A DNA stretch of 54,642 nucleotides, taken from positions 1 to 54,642 of the IMG/VR virus record IMGVR_UViG_3300021085_001452; one strand, written 5' to 3'. Position 1 is the stretch's first letter. Each line of letters starts with the position of its first letter. The position numbers and the translations under genes are program-made. Origin of the DNA: a virus (taxonomy: Duplodnaviria; Caudoviricetes). Under the pieces are notes generated by a model. That model saw only the letters and a list, made by a program, of their open reading frames with translations, was not told the origin of the DNA and searched no databases. Positions 1-9,034 of the stretch are shown here, in pieces.

Positions 1-78
1 GCAGTGTGGTGTTTAGATAAAGGCGCATGGCGTTCTTTTAGAGTAAATACTGTAACTGGCTGGGAGGTAGTTAAATGA
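1..78 (+). CDS. 3' end of a WYL/SH3-like conserved phage protein (partial)
   Basis: Frame 1 reads AVWCLDKGAWRSFRVNTVTGWEVVK*, with a WRSF motif; TGA overlaps the gp44 ATG. Confidence 0.6.
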   Translation, partial: AVWCLDKGAWRSFRVNTVTGWEVVK

Positions 79-1013
79 ACAATGAGTTCTTATGGGTAGA
101 AAAGTATAGACCCCAAACTATACAAGACACAATCTTACCATCACAGATTAAGAAAACTTTTCAAACAATCGTTGATACTGGTGAGATTCCTAATTTACTT
201 CTTACTGGTACTGCAGGTATCGGTAAGACAACTGTTGCCAAGGCTCTATGTAAGACCCTGGGGCTAGACTATCTGATCATTAACGGATCGGAAGAAGGCA
301 ACATTGATACACTTAGAACAAAGATTAAACACTTTGCTTCTACAGTATCATTACAGGGTGGATACAAGGTGGTCATTTTAGATGAAGCAGATTATCTAAA
401 TCCCCAATCCACCCAACCTGCGTTACGTGGATTCATTGAAGAGTTCAGTAACAACTGCAGGTTTATTATGACCTGTAACTTTAAGAACAGGATTATTGAT
501 CCACTGCATTCTCGTTGTTCTGTAATAGAATTCAACATTGCAAAGAAAGATACTCCTAAACTATGTATGCAGTTCCTAGAAAGGTGCTGTAAAATTCTAA
601 CCCAAGAAGGTGTTGAATATGAAGAGGCTGTAGTTGCCGAACTCATTATGAAATACTTACCAGATTGGCGTAGAGTTCTTAATGAGTTACAAAGGTATTC
701 TGTATCTAACCACATTGACTCTGGCATACTTACTTCTTTGGGTGAAGTATCTATCAATAATCTTATGTCGGCCTTAAAAGGTAAAGACTTTAAGAAGATG
801 CGACAATGGGTTACAGATAATATTGACCAAGAACCTGCAGCTCTCTTTAGAAAGCTATATGATAATATGTATGAGTATGTGGAACCTCAAAGTATCCCAC
901 AGCTTGTACTTATTCTCGCAGACTATCAATATAAAAATAGTTTCGTTGCAGATCACGAAATCAACATGGTCGCCTGTTGCACAGAGATCATGGCTGGAGT
1001 TCAATTCAAATGA
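75..1013 (+). CDS. gp44: Sliding clamp loader large subunit (AAA+)
   Basis: WVEKYRP start, Walker A GTAGIGKT, Walker B ILDEAD, SRC motif; GGAGG RBS. Confidence 0.95.
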   Translation: MNNEFLWVEKYRPQTIQDTILPSQIKKTFQTIVDTGEIPNLLLTGTAGIGKTTVAKALCKTLGLDYLIINGSEEGNIDTLRTKIKHFASTVSLQGGYKVVILDEADYLNPQSTQPALRGFIEEFSNNCRFIMTCNFKNRIIDPLHSRCSVIEFNIAKKDTPKLCMQFLERCCKILTQEGVEYEEAVVAELIMKYLPDWRRVLNELQRYSVSNHIDSGILTSLGEVSINNLMSALKGKDFKKMRQWVTDNIDQEPAALFRKLYDNMYEYVEPQSIPQLVLILADYQYKNSFVADHEINMVACCTEIMAGVQFK

Positions 1014-1390
1014 ACCCCTTCGATTATATAAACGATATCACTAATAATAAGAAAGGTATAATGGTAGATGATATCGCTGAGAAAGAATATAACGCCTTTA
1101 TAGTCAATCGTGGTCTAGGTAACTTCCGCGATACTATCTTATATGCCAACGAAATGAACGTACATCACCATCTGGATGCACGGCTTCAATATGATTTTTT
1201 TATAAATATAATTAAGAAGCAGAAAAGGTGGTCCAAATGGGCCAAACCAGAATCCGTTTCTAATTTGGAAATTATCAAAGAATATTATGGATATAGTAAT
1301 GAAAAGGCTAAGTCCGTACTATCCTTACTTAATAATGAACAGTTGGAAACATTGAAAAAAAGGATGTATAAAGGTGGAAAACGAAAATAA
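1010..1390 (+). CDS. gp62: Clamp loader small subunit
   Basis: MNPFDYIN...YANEMN...YYGYSNEKA; ATGA overlap with gp44; T4 order 44-62-regA. Confidence 0.9.
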   Translation: MNPFDYINDITNNKKGIMVDDIAEKEYNAFIVNRGLGNFRDTILYANEMNVHHHLDARLQYDFFINIIKKQKRWSKWAKPESVSNLEIIKEYYGYSNEKAKSVLSLLNNEQLETLKKRMYKGGKRK

Positions 1391-1817
1391 TATTGAAATT
1401 AAAAACTGGATACCAGCAGATATGCTTGAAGTATCCTTAAATGAACCAGATGATTTCTTAAAGATAAGGGAAACATTAACCAGAATAGGTGTAGCATCTC
1501 GAAAAGATCAGAAGCTATATCAGTCATGTCATATCTTACACAAACAAGGCAGATACTTTATAGTTCACTTTAAAGAACTATTTTTGCTAGATGGTAAACC
1601 ATCAAACTTAATCGAGAATGATCTACATCGCAGAAATACAATCGCAACTCTACTTGCTGATTGGGGTCTAATTAGTATACTCAATACAGAAAAGAGTAAG
1701 GATGTAGCACCATTGAGACAAATAAAAGTTATTCCCTACAAAGAAAAAGCTGAATGGCAGCTATGTCCTAAATATAACATAGGAAATAGCAATAATGAAA
1801 AAACTAATAAAGAATAA
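1374..1817 (+). CDS. regA: Translational repressor RegA
   Basis: DDFLKIRETLTRIG, LYQSCHILHKQGRYFIVHFKELF signature. Confidence 0.95.
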   Translation: MENENNIEIKNWIPADMLEVSLNEPDDFLKIRETLTRIGVASRKDQKLYQSCHILHKQGRYFIVHFKELFLLDGKPSNLIENDLHRRNTIATLLADWGLISILNTEKSKDVAPLRQIKVIPYKEKAEWQLCPKYNIGNSNNEKTNKE

Positions 1818-1884
1818 ATGGAAACAGTTTCATAAATTTATGAAATGCGGCAGAATTAATAAAATCGTAAAAAAATGTTTCTAA
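1795..1884 (+). CDS. Small basic peptide (29 aa), below ORF-track cutoff
   Basis: MKKLIKNKWKQFHKFMKCGRINKIVKKCF*, fills the regA-hsp20 gap. Confidence 0.4.
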   Translation: MKKLIKNKWKQFHKFMKCGRINKIVKKCF

Positions 1885-1909
1885 TTTTTTAAACTAACAA
1901 CGAAAGTTG

Positions 1910-1917
1910 TATAAATA
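1910..1917 (+). promoter_or_regulatory. T4-type late promoter
   Basis: TATAAATA immediately 5' of the structured hsp20 leader. Confidence 0.65.
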
Positions 1918-1918
1918 T

Positions 1919-1980
1919 ATGTGGATGCCGAATAATCGGGTCCACATTAATAACCTTGCTATATATAGGAGGAAACTAAA
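1919..1980 (+). promoter_or_regulatory. ROSE-like RNA thermometer in the hsp20 5' UTR
   Basis: Hairpin 1 ATGTGGA..CCGA-ATAA-TCGG..TCCACAT (1919-1947); hairpin 2 CCTTGCTA..TAGGAGG (1954-1972) pairs UUGCU with the SD, leaving a bulged G. Confidence 0.6.
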
Positions 1981-2433
1981 ATGGTAAGAAATACAATGAA
2001 CGTGCCACGTTCACTCTTTATCGGATTTGAACCGATACTTAACGAACTTGAAAGAATCCACACTGCTGGAAGAACTCAGGATAACTACCCACCTCACAAC
2101 GTTGTTAAGGTAGATGATGAAAACTTTATCATTGAATTAGCTGTTGCAGGATTCTCGGAAGAGGAAATTTCTGTTGAGGTAAAGGATGGTATTTTATCTG
2201 TTAAGGGTGAAACTGCTAAAGATGATCGTGAATATGCACATAAAGGTATATCGTCCCGTAAATTCGAAAAGAACTTCCGTCTTTCCGAGTTTGTCGTAAT
2301 AGACGGTGCTGATCTAGTGAACGGAATACTTGTGGTACATGCCAGAGTAGAAGTTCCAGAAGAGAAGCGTCCTAGGAAGATCAATATAGGGTCTGCTGGG
2401 GCATCAAAGAAGAAGGAATTTATTCAAGAATAG
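1981..2433 (+). CDS. hsp20: Small heat shock protein Hsp20 (IbpA-like)
   Basis: NYPPHNVVK, IELAVAGF, HKGISSRKF, GADLVNGIL, PEEKRPRKINI alpha-crystallin pattern. Confidence 0.93.
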   Translation: MVRNTMNVPRSLFIGFEPILNELERIHTAGRTQDNYPPHNVVKVDDENFIIELAVAGFSEEEISVEVKDGILSVKGETAKDDREYAHKGISSRKFEKNFRLSEFVVIDGADLVNGILVVHARVEVPEEKRPRKINIGSAGASKKKEFIQE

Positions 2434-2493
2434 ATTCCGGTGAGCAGCGAAAACTCAGTGGATATTTGCAACAATTTCTACTGGAGATATAAA

Positions 2494-2634
2494 ATGAGGA
2501 CTTTACTCAACATCGTGAAACAACATGATGATCTATCTGCGGCCCTTAAAGAAGTAGCTGAACTACTCCTTGTGATGATAGGAACAATTTTAATTGCACC
2601 ATCCATCATTTGGTTAGCTTCTACTAATCTTTAA
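2494..2634 (+). CDS. Small membrane protein (46 aa)
   Basis: GGAG RBS, ATG 2494, hydrophobic C-terminal half. Confidence 0.55.
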   Translation: MRTLLNIVKQHDDLSAALKEVAELLLVMIGTILIAPSIIWLASTNL

Positions 2635-2648
2635 TGGTCATGATATAA

Positions 2649-2680
2649 GGTGGTATCCTTCTGGGTACCACCAACTTTTT
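2649..2680 (+). terminator. Rho-independent terminator
   Basis: GGTGGTATCC-TTCT-GGGTACCACC stem-loop followed by AACTTTTT. Confidence 0.75.
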
Positions 2681-2691
2681 AAAAAAACCTC

Positions 2692-2720
2692 TTTACATTT
2701 GATTTGAATTGTAGTATAAT
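2692..2720 (+). promoter_or_regulatory. sigma70-type early promoter
   Basis: TTTACA-N17-TATAAT upstream of gp43. Confidence 0.8.
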
Positions 2721-2747
2721 ATACTTATTAATTATGGATTGGACTAT

Positions 2748-5246
2748 ATGAATTTCTACACTAATGTTACAAGATACGGAAATATGCTACTTTATCGTGG
2801 CTACGAAAATGGCAAAAAAGTCCAGAAACGTATCAAATACAAACCAACACTATTCGTAAATACCCCGCAGGGAGATTGGACTTCCCTAGATGGTAATCCA
2901 TGTGCACCTATCAAGTTTGACTCTATGAGAGAGGCCAAAGATTGGATGGATGTAAACAAACATACTGCTGGTAGAGAAATCTATGGCAATGACAGATACA
3001 TATCTCAGTTTATCAATGACCAGTTCCCTGGCAATATTGAATTCAATCGTAATATTATTAACGTAACCTCAATTGATATCGAGGTTGCATCTGATGATGG
3101 ATTCCCAGAACCAGATCAAGCAGAACATCCAATTATATCAATCGCCATGAAGAACAATATTGATAATACCTATTATGTGTGGGGTCTTGGAGAATACAAT
3201 ACAGATCAGTCTATTATGAAAACACATCGTGTAATATATGAACACTGTATATCAGAAGTAGACCTTATCAATAAATTTATCAATCATTGGTCTTTACCTA
3301 GTAACTGCCCAGATATTATTACTGGCTGGAATACTATGTACTTTGATATTCCATATATTGTCAATAGAACAATTAGATTACTCGGCGATGATGCTCCTAA
3401 AAGATTATCCCCATGGGGTATGGTTGACCGAAGAACGGCCCGTAAAATGAATAGAGAACAAACTGTCTTTGATATCAAGGGTGTTGGCCATGCAGATTAC
3501 ATGGAACTATTTCAGAAGTATACTTACACAGCCCAAGAGTCCTATGCTCTTAATCATATCGCTCATGTTATTCTAGGCGAGAAGAAACTATCCTATGAAG
3601 AGTATGGTTCACTTCACAGCCTATATAAAAATGACCACCAAAAATTCATTGATTATAATATCAAAGACGTTGAGTTGGTTGACCGACTGGAAGATAAGAT
3701 GGGCCTTATTACACTTATGTTGACTATGGCTTATAAAGGTGGCGTTAACTATTCCGATACATTCGGAGTTACTGCAATCTGGGATACTATTATTTACAGA
3801 TATCTTAATGACCGAAAGATTGCCATGCCATTCTCAGAAAGTAAGATCAAGACTAATTACCCTGGCGGATATGTAAAAGATCCAGTAGTTGGTTTACATG
3901 AACACGTGGTATCATTCGACCTTAACTCACTATATCCATCCATCATCATGCAGTACAATATGTCGCCTGAAACAATAGAAAATGGTAAAGTGATACCAAT
4001 TAATATTGATAAGATACTAGATGGCTATACCTTTGATAGAAATGGTAGTGCGGTTGGCGGTAACGGCCAATGCTTTAGTACTAGTAAGAGGGGCATGATG
4101 CCTACCTTAGTAGATGATTTATATAGTGAACGTGTTGTAATCAAGAAACAGATGATCGATGCACAGAAAGAATTGCAGAATGTAGTCCCTGGTGATAAAC
4201 AAAAACTCTATGATATTGAACGTAGAATATCAGTGGCAGAAAATCAACAGATGGCAATTAAAATTCTTCTTAACTCACTTTATGGTGCTATGGGTAACAA
4301 GTACTTCCGTTTCTTTGATCAACGTATTGCAGAGGCCATTACACTCTCTGGTCAATTAACTATTAGATGGGCAGAAGTCGCTCTTAATAGATACCTAAAT
4401 AAAGTAATGAATACAGATACAGATTATATTATTGCCATCGATACAGATTCGCTCTATGTTAATCTTGGCCCTTTGGTAGAACAAGTCAACCCATCCAATC
4501 CAGTTGATTTCCTTGATAAAGTTGCTAGTGAAAAACTAGAACCAGTCCTTAGTCAGGCATATCAAGAACTGTTCTGCCAAATGGGCGGGATTGATGATCG
4601 TATGGTTATGAAGAGAGAGGCCATTGCAGATCGTGCTATATGGACAGCCAAGAAAAGATATATCCTAAACGTGCATGATAACGAGGGTGTTAGATATAAA
4701 GAACCTAAACTTAAAATTATGGGCATCGAGGCCATTAAGTCCTCAACACCTGCACCATGCCGTGATGCTCTTAAAGAACTTTTCAAAGTTATTATGAAAG
4801 GTTCCGAAAGTGATAACCAAAAGGCAATCTTACAATTCAAAGAATACTTCCAAACATTACCAGCACATGATATTGCATTCCCACGTGGGGTAAGTAATGT
4901 CACAGAATATTCAAACATGCAAACCATCTACAAGAAAGGTACTCCAATGCATGTTCGTGCTGCTCTACTTCATAACAGATTGTTAAAGAATAAAACCCTT
5001 ACAAAGAAATATCAGCCAATCAAGAATGGCGAGAAGATTAAATTTATATATCTCAAAACGCCTAACCCCATTAAAGAAAACGTAATCGGATTTATGCAGT
5101 ACCTCCCAAAAGAGTTCGAATTGGATCACTATATAGATTATGAAATACAATTTCAAAAAACATTCCTTGACCCTATTGAACCCATATTCAAGGCCATTGG
5201 ATGGACTACCGAAGAAACTTCAAATTTAGAGGACTTTTTTGGATAA
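2748..5246 (+). CDS. gp43: Family B DNA polymerase
   Basis: ExoI DIE, SFDLNSLYPS, KILLNSLYG, DTDS, KKRY motifs; C-terminal clamp-binding LEDFF. Confidence 0.97.
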   Translation: MNFYTNVTRYGNMLLYRGYENGKKVQKRIKYKPTLFVNTPQGDWTSLDGNPCAPIKFDSMREAKDWMDVNKHTAGREIYGNDRYISQFINDQFPGNIEFNRNIINVTSIDIEVASDDGFPEPDQAEHPIISIAMKNNIDNTYYVWGLGEYNTDQSIMKTHRVIYEHCISEVDLINKFINHWSLPSNCPDIITGWNTMYFDIPYIVNRTIRLLGDDAPKRLSPWGMVDRRTARKMNREQTVFDIKGVGHADYMELFQKYTYTAQESYALNHIAHVILGEKKLSYEEYGSLHSLYKNDHQKFIDYNIKDVELVDRLEDKMGLITLMLTMAYKGGVNYSDTFGVTAIWDTIIYRYLNDRKIAMPFSESKIKTNYPGGYVKDPVVGLHEHVVSFDLNSLYPSIIMQYNMSPETIENGKVIPINIDKILDGYTFDRNGSAVGGNGQCFSTSKRGMMPTLVDDLYSERVVIKKQMIDAQKELQNVVPGDKQKLYDIERRISVAENQQMAIKILLNSLYGAMGNKYFRFFDQRIAEAITLSGQLTIRWAEVALNRYLNKVMNTDTDYIIAIDTDSLYVNLGPLVEQVNPSNPVDFLDKVASEKLEPVLSQAYQELFCQMGGIDDRMVMKREAIADRAIWTAKKRYILNVHDNEGVRYKEPKLKIMGIEAIKSSTPAPCRDALKELFKVIMKGSESDNQKAILQFKEYFQTLPAHDIAFPRGVSNVTEYSNMQTIYKKGTPMHVRAALLHNRLLKNKTLTKKYQPIKNGEKIKFIYLKTPNPIKENVIGFMQYLPKEFELDHYIDYEIQFQKTFLDPIEPIFKAIGWTTEETSNLEDFFG

Positions 5247-5251
5247 ACCAC

Positions 5252-5280
5252 TTTACTTTTATGGGAAAGTGTAGTATAAT
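5252..5280 (+). promoter_or_regulatory. sigma70-type early promoter
   Basis: TTTACT-N17-TATAAT. Confidence 0.75.
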
Positions 5281-5305
5281 ATACAATATAAATTAAGGAA
5301 ATATT

Positions 5306-5593
5306 ATGAAACTAGTAAGAATATCATCAGGAGAAGAGGTCATAGGAGACATTACCGAAACTACTGATACAGTAACAATTAAAAAGGGGTATGTATTAAT
5401 CCCTGGCGGTGAAGGTAAGATTGCATTTATGCCATTTATGCCATACACCAAGAGCTGGAAAGAAGGCTTAGAAATTAATAAAAGTAATATTCTATTTGTG
5501 GCAGACCCAGTTGATGAGTTAATCTCACAAGTAGAATCAGTTAGAAACCCAAAGAAAATCATTACACCTAAAAAACAGGATATTATAGTCTAA
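5306..5593 (+). CDS. Conserved T4-like hypothetical protein (possible Sm-like fold)
   Basis: KLVRISSGEEVIG...FMPFMPY pattern; RBS and promoter upstream. Confidence 0.65.
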   Translation: MKLVRISSGEEVIGDITETTDTVTIKKGYVLIPGGEGKIAFMPFMPYTKSWKEGLEINKSNILFVADPVDELISQVESVRNPKKIITPKKQDIIV

Positions 5594-5901
5594 TGAATAC
5601 GAGCGTAAGAACTGGAGAGTTGATACAAAAGATCGGCCAATGGCATCAAGATAGAAATCTTATTGAAGGTGCTACTGACAAAGACCAAGTATGTAAATTA
5701 ATTCAAGAAGTGGGAGAGTTATCAGATAATGTTTGTAAAGGAAATGATGTTGCCGATGATATTGGCGACTGTATCGTGGTACTTATTAATATTGCCATTC
5801 GTAATAACTTAACTATCGATAAGTGCTTAGAAGTTGCTTATAATGATATTAAAGATCGCAAGGGCAAGATGGTAGACGGAATATTTATCAAGGAGTTATA
5901 A
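5593..5901 (+). CDS. MazG-like nucleotide pyrophosphohydrolase
   Basis: KLIQEVGEL...DDIGD acidic helical motif. Confidence 0.8.
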   Translation: MNTSVRTGELIQKIGQWHQDRNLIEGATDKDQVCKLIQEVGELSDNVCKGNDVADDIGDCIVVLINIAIRNNLTIDKCLEVAYNDIKDRKGKMVDGIFIKEL

Positions 5902-6809
5902 TGGCAGGAAATCAACCAAAATATCCAATTTATATTATCTCTAAAGGTAGAGCAGACACTAGACTGACTGTTAAGACCCTAGAGGCAAATGGCACTCCTT
6001 ATACTATAGTAGTTGAACCACAAGAATATAATGATTACGCTGCAGTCATTGACCCAGCTAATATTCTGGTTACTCCATTTACTAATCTAGGGCAAGGATC
6101 AATTCCTGTGCGTAACTTTGTATGGGAACATGCATGTTCAACTGGTGCAAAAAGACATTGGATTCTTGATGATAATATACAGCATATGTATAGATTACAT
6201 AAGAATGCTAAAATAAAGATCACCGACGGAACGTGCTTTAGTGCTAGTGAAGAATTTACTGATAGATATACAGATGTTAAAATGTCAGGTTTAAACTACA
6301 GTTACTTCTTACCAGCAACTACTAAGCGCCCACCTTACTATCATAACACTAGAGTATATTCTTGTATCTTATTGGCTAATGATATTTATCCAGAGTTTGC
6401 CTGGAGAGGTAGATTCAATGAAGATACAGACTTGTCTCTAAGGATTATGAAGGCAGGATACCATACTTTCTTATTTAACAACTTTGCTTGTGGTAAGATT
6501 ACTACAATGACAATGAAAGGTGGTAACACAGAAGAGTTATATAATATCGACCAAACGGGAGATCAGAACAATCGTAAAGGAAATGAAGAATATGATAACA
6601 GACGAGAGTTTGCAGAATCATTAAGGAAGCAACATCCAGATTGTGTTAAGGTTACTTGGAAATGGGGTAGGTGGCATCACCACATTGACTATTCTATTTT
6701 CCAGAAAGAAAAACCTACTCTTAAATCGGACCTAAATATACCTAAAGGTATTGACGATAAAGGTCTAAAACTAGTCAGATTAAAACAGGAGGCATTAAAT
6801 GGCAGTTAA
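5901..6809 (+). CDS. GREB1/TAGT-like GT-A glycosyltransferase
   Basis: YPIYIISKGRA, IVVEPQE, HWILDDNI (DxD-type), NEDTDL, KGGN. Confidence 0.75.
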   Translation: MAGNQPKYPIYIISKGRADTRLTVKTLEANGTPYTIVVEPQEYNDYAAVIDPANILVTPFTNLGQGSIPVRNFVWEHACSTGAKRHWILDDNIQHMYRLHKNAKIKITDGTCFSASEEFTDRYTDVKMSGLNYSYFLPATTKRPPYYHNTRVYSCILLANDIYPEFAWRGRFNEDTDLSLRIMKAGYHTFLFNNFACGKITTMTMKGGNTEELYNIDQTGDQNNRKGNEEYDNRREFAESLRKQHPDCVKVTWKWGRWHHHIDYSIFQKEKPTLKSDLNIPKGIDDKGLKLVRLKQEALNGS

Positions 6810-7158
6810 AAACAATTCAACAAAAGATAGACAAGCCAATTACGAAGGTGAAAGTCTATTTGTATTATCTGGAGAAGAAGAGATAGAAACACCACATCAG
6901 TGGGATTCTATGCCTGAATTCGATCAGAAACAAAATGAAGCATGGAAAATGTTAAAGATCAGATTTAGAAATGAAGAAGATTTAATGGCATTTGCAGAAT
7001 TAGTTGGTCAAACAGTAACACCTAAAACAAAAGGTATTTGGTATCCAGCAGCAGATAAATCTAAGAATTCACTACTTAGATGGATGCATGAAGATCAGAT
7101 AGAAGGTAATCCAGATGTGGATGCAGTTCTTAGTGATGAGGAGATTAGGGTAGAATAA
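6799..7158 (+). CDS. Small protein between the two glycosyltransferases
   Basis: WDSMPEFDQ...FRNEED..FAELVGQTVTPKTKGIWYP; overlaps both neighbours; GGAGG RBS. Confidence 0.7.
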   Translation: MAVKNNSTKDRQANYEGESLFVLSGEEEIETPHQWDSMPEFDQKQNEAWKMLKIRFRNEEDLMAFAELVGQTVTPKTKGIWYPAADKSKNSLLRWMHEDQIEGNPDVDAVLSDEEIRVE

Positions 7159-8084
7159 TGATTGATGTAAAGAAGTATTTAGAAGAAGATCAAGACTTGT
7201 TTGCTATGATGGATGGGACTCAACAGGGTTCAACATTTAATTTAGTTGCTTTAGTAGAAGATTTAATTGCAGACTATGCAAATCAAAATCTACAAAGATA
7301 CACAGTATATATCCCTTCTAAAGGAAGAGCTTCATCACATAGTACATATGACCTATGTCGAGCAGAAAATATTCCATGTAAGATAGTAGTTGAACCCCAG
7401 GATTACGAACAATACGTTGAGACTGTTCCGCATACTCATATTCTAACCTTAGATAAAAATGATCAAGGTATACAATATGCTAGATCATGGATTAAAAGAT
7501 ATTCTAATAATGAAGGCGAATCATATCACTGGCAAATGGATGATGATATGAAATACTTTACAATGAGAATGGATGATAAAAATAAGAAAGTGAATTTAGT
7601 GAATTCAATGTCAATTATTGAATCTGTATTTTCACTCTTTGAGAATGTTGCAGTTGGTGGTATGACCTCAAATGCATTTGCATTTTCTAAACCACACCCT
7701 GTAAAGCTCAATCAACTAGGGTATGGCTGTTCTATCATTAACAATGATTTTGAACAAGAATGGAGAGACAAGACTGTAGAAGATTGGGACTATACATTAA
7801 ATGCTCTAGAGGCAGGAATGTGTACAATCGCCTTCTCTCACATTAATTTCCAAACGCCGTCATCCGGCACAAACAAAGGTGGTAATAATCTTACCGATTG
7901 GGCAACTATTGAAAAAAGAAAAGAATTTTATGATTACTTTGCATCACTCTGGCCTAAAAACTTTAGGGTAGTGGAGTTAGTAGAAGGATCAAGTAAGGGC
8001 TACAAGTTAGAACATAAAAGAAGATTTTTTAACGATTATAAAAATTTAAAATTAATTTTAAAAACCTCTTTACAAACAGACTGA
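7158..8084 (+). CDS. Second GREB1/TAGT-like glycosyltransferase
   Basis: YTVYIPSKGRA, IVVEPQD, HWQMDDDM, VEDWD, KGGN; paralogous to 5901..6809. Confidence 0.75.
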   Translation: MIDVKKYLEEDQDLFAMMDGTQQGSTFNLVALVEDLIADYANQNLQRYTVYIPSKGRASSHSTYDLCRAENIPCKIVVEPQDYEQYVETVPHTHILTLDKNDQGIQYARSWIKRYSNNEGESYHWQMDDDMKYFTMRMDDKNKKVNLVNSMSIIESVFSLFENVAVGGMTSNAFAFSKPHPVKLNQLGYGCSIINNDFEQEWRDKTVEDWDYTLNALEAGMCTIAFSHINFQTPSSGTNKGGNNLTDWATIEKRKEFYDYFASLWPKNFRVVELVEGSSKGYKLEHKRRFFNDYKNLKLILKTSLQTD

Positions 8085-8097
8085 ATTGTAGTATAAT
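8069..8097 (+). promoter_or_regulatory. sigma70-type early promoter
   Basis: TTTACA-N17-TATAAT, -35 inside the 3' end of the upstream gene. Confidence 0.75.
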
Positions 8098-8107
8098 ATA
8101 CAATATT

Positions 8108-9034
8108 ATGGATAAAGTTTCTGGTACACTATTTGAATCACTCTTCGATATCAAGACAGATAAGAAGTTTGTATTCCCAACATTCAAAGAGTTTGAATCT
8201 ATACTATATCGCCTATCCGAGAAACCAAGAAAAGATAAAAAGTCAGCAGAGTTAATGTCTCCTGCTTTTTATCCTGCTGGTAGTACAAGGAAAAACGATA
8301 ATGTAGAAGGCTGGGGTGGCTGGTGTGCCATAGATGTAGATGATTGCACTGAGGACTTAGAACAGTTCCTAGAGAAAAAGTGTAAAGATTATTATTATAT
8401 CTGTTACTCTACTGCTTCATCCACAAAGGACTTGCCAAAGTTTAGACTTGTCTTTCCCCTTACTGAGTTTGTTACAAAAGATAAGATTAAACATTTCTGG
8501 TTTGCACTCAACAAGGAACTTGGAGAAATGGGTGATATACAAACCAAAGATTTATCAAGAATGTATTATATACCCGGCAAGTATGCTAATGCATATAACT
8601 TCATCTTTACTAAAGAAGGTAAGGCAATATCCCCTATGGATATTATGTCAAGACACGAGTATATAGAAAGAAGTGGTAATACATTCTTTGATAAATTGCC
8701 TAAGAAGATGCAAGAAGCCATGATGGCTCATATGAAATCATCTTTAACAAATACTAAGGTTACATGGACTGGTTATAAAGACTGTCCTTTCTTTCCAAAG
8801 AAATTAGAACAAGAATATAGAACGATTACAGGCAGTGGCTGGTATCATAAAATGTATCAGATAATGGTAGCACTGGCTGGTAATGCAATAAACAATAAAT
8901 ATCCAATTACTGCTAAAGAAATTGCCTACTTATGTAGGGAATTAGATTTAGATACTGGTAATTGGTATGATAAAAGACCATTAGATAAAGAGGCTGAAAG
9001 GGCCTTAGAATTTGTACATAGGAATAGTTTATGA
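8108..9034 (+). CDS. Putative AEP-superfamily (VirE-N-like) primase
   Basis: CAIDVDD (DxD), YSTASS...PKFRLVFPL, KDLSRMYYIP; helical C-terminal domain. Confidence 0.6.
   Translation: MDKVSGTLFESLFDIKTDKKFVFPTFKEFESILYRLSEKPRKDKKSAELMSPAFYPAGSTRKNDNVEGWGGWCAIDVDDCTEDLEQFLEKKCKDYYYICYSTASSTKDLPKFRLVFPLTEFVTKDKIKHFWFALNKELGEMGDIQTKDLSRMYYIPGKYANAYNFIFTKEGKAISPMDIMSRHEYIERSGNTFFDKLPKKMQEAMMAHMKSSLTNTKVTWTGYKDCPFFPKKLEQEYRTITGSGWYHKMYQIMVALAGNAINNKYPITAKEIAYLCRELDLDTGNWYDKRPLDKEAERALEFVHRNSL

Noticed and set aside
2748-5246. Introns or inteins in gp43 (also checked nrdA, nrdB, gp41, uvsX)
   Set aside because: Continuous ORFs of normal length with no visible splicing motifs.
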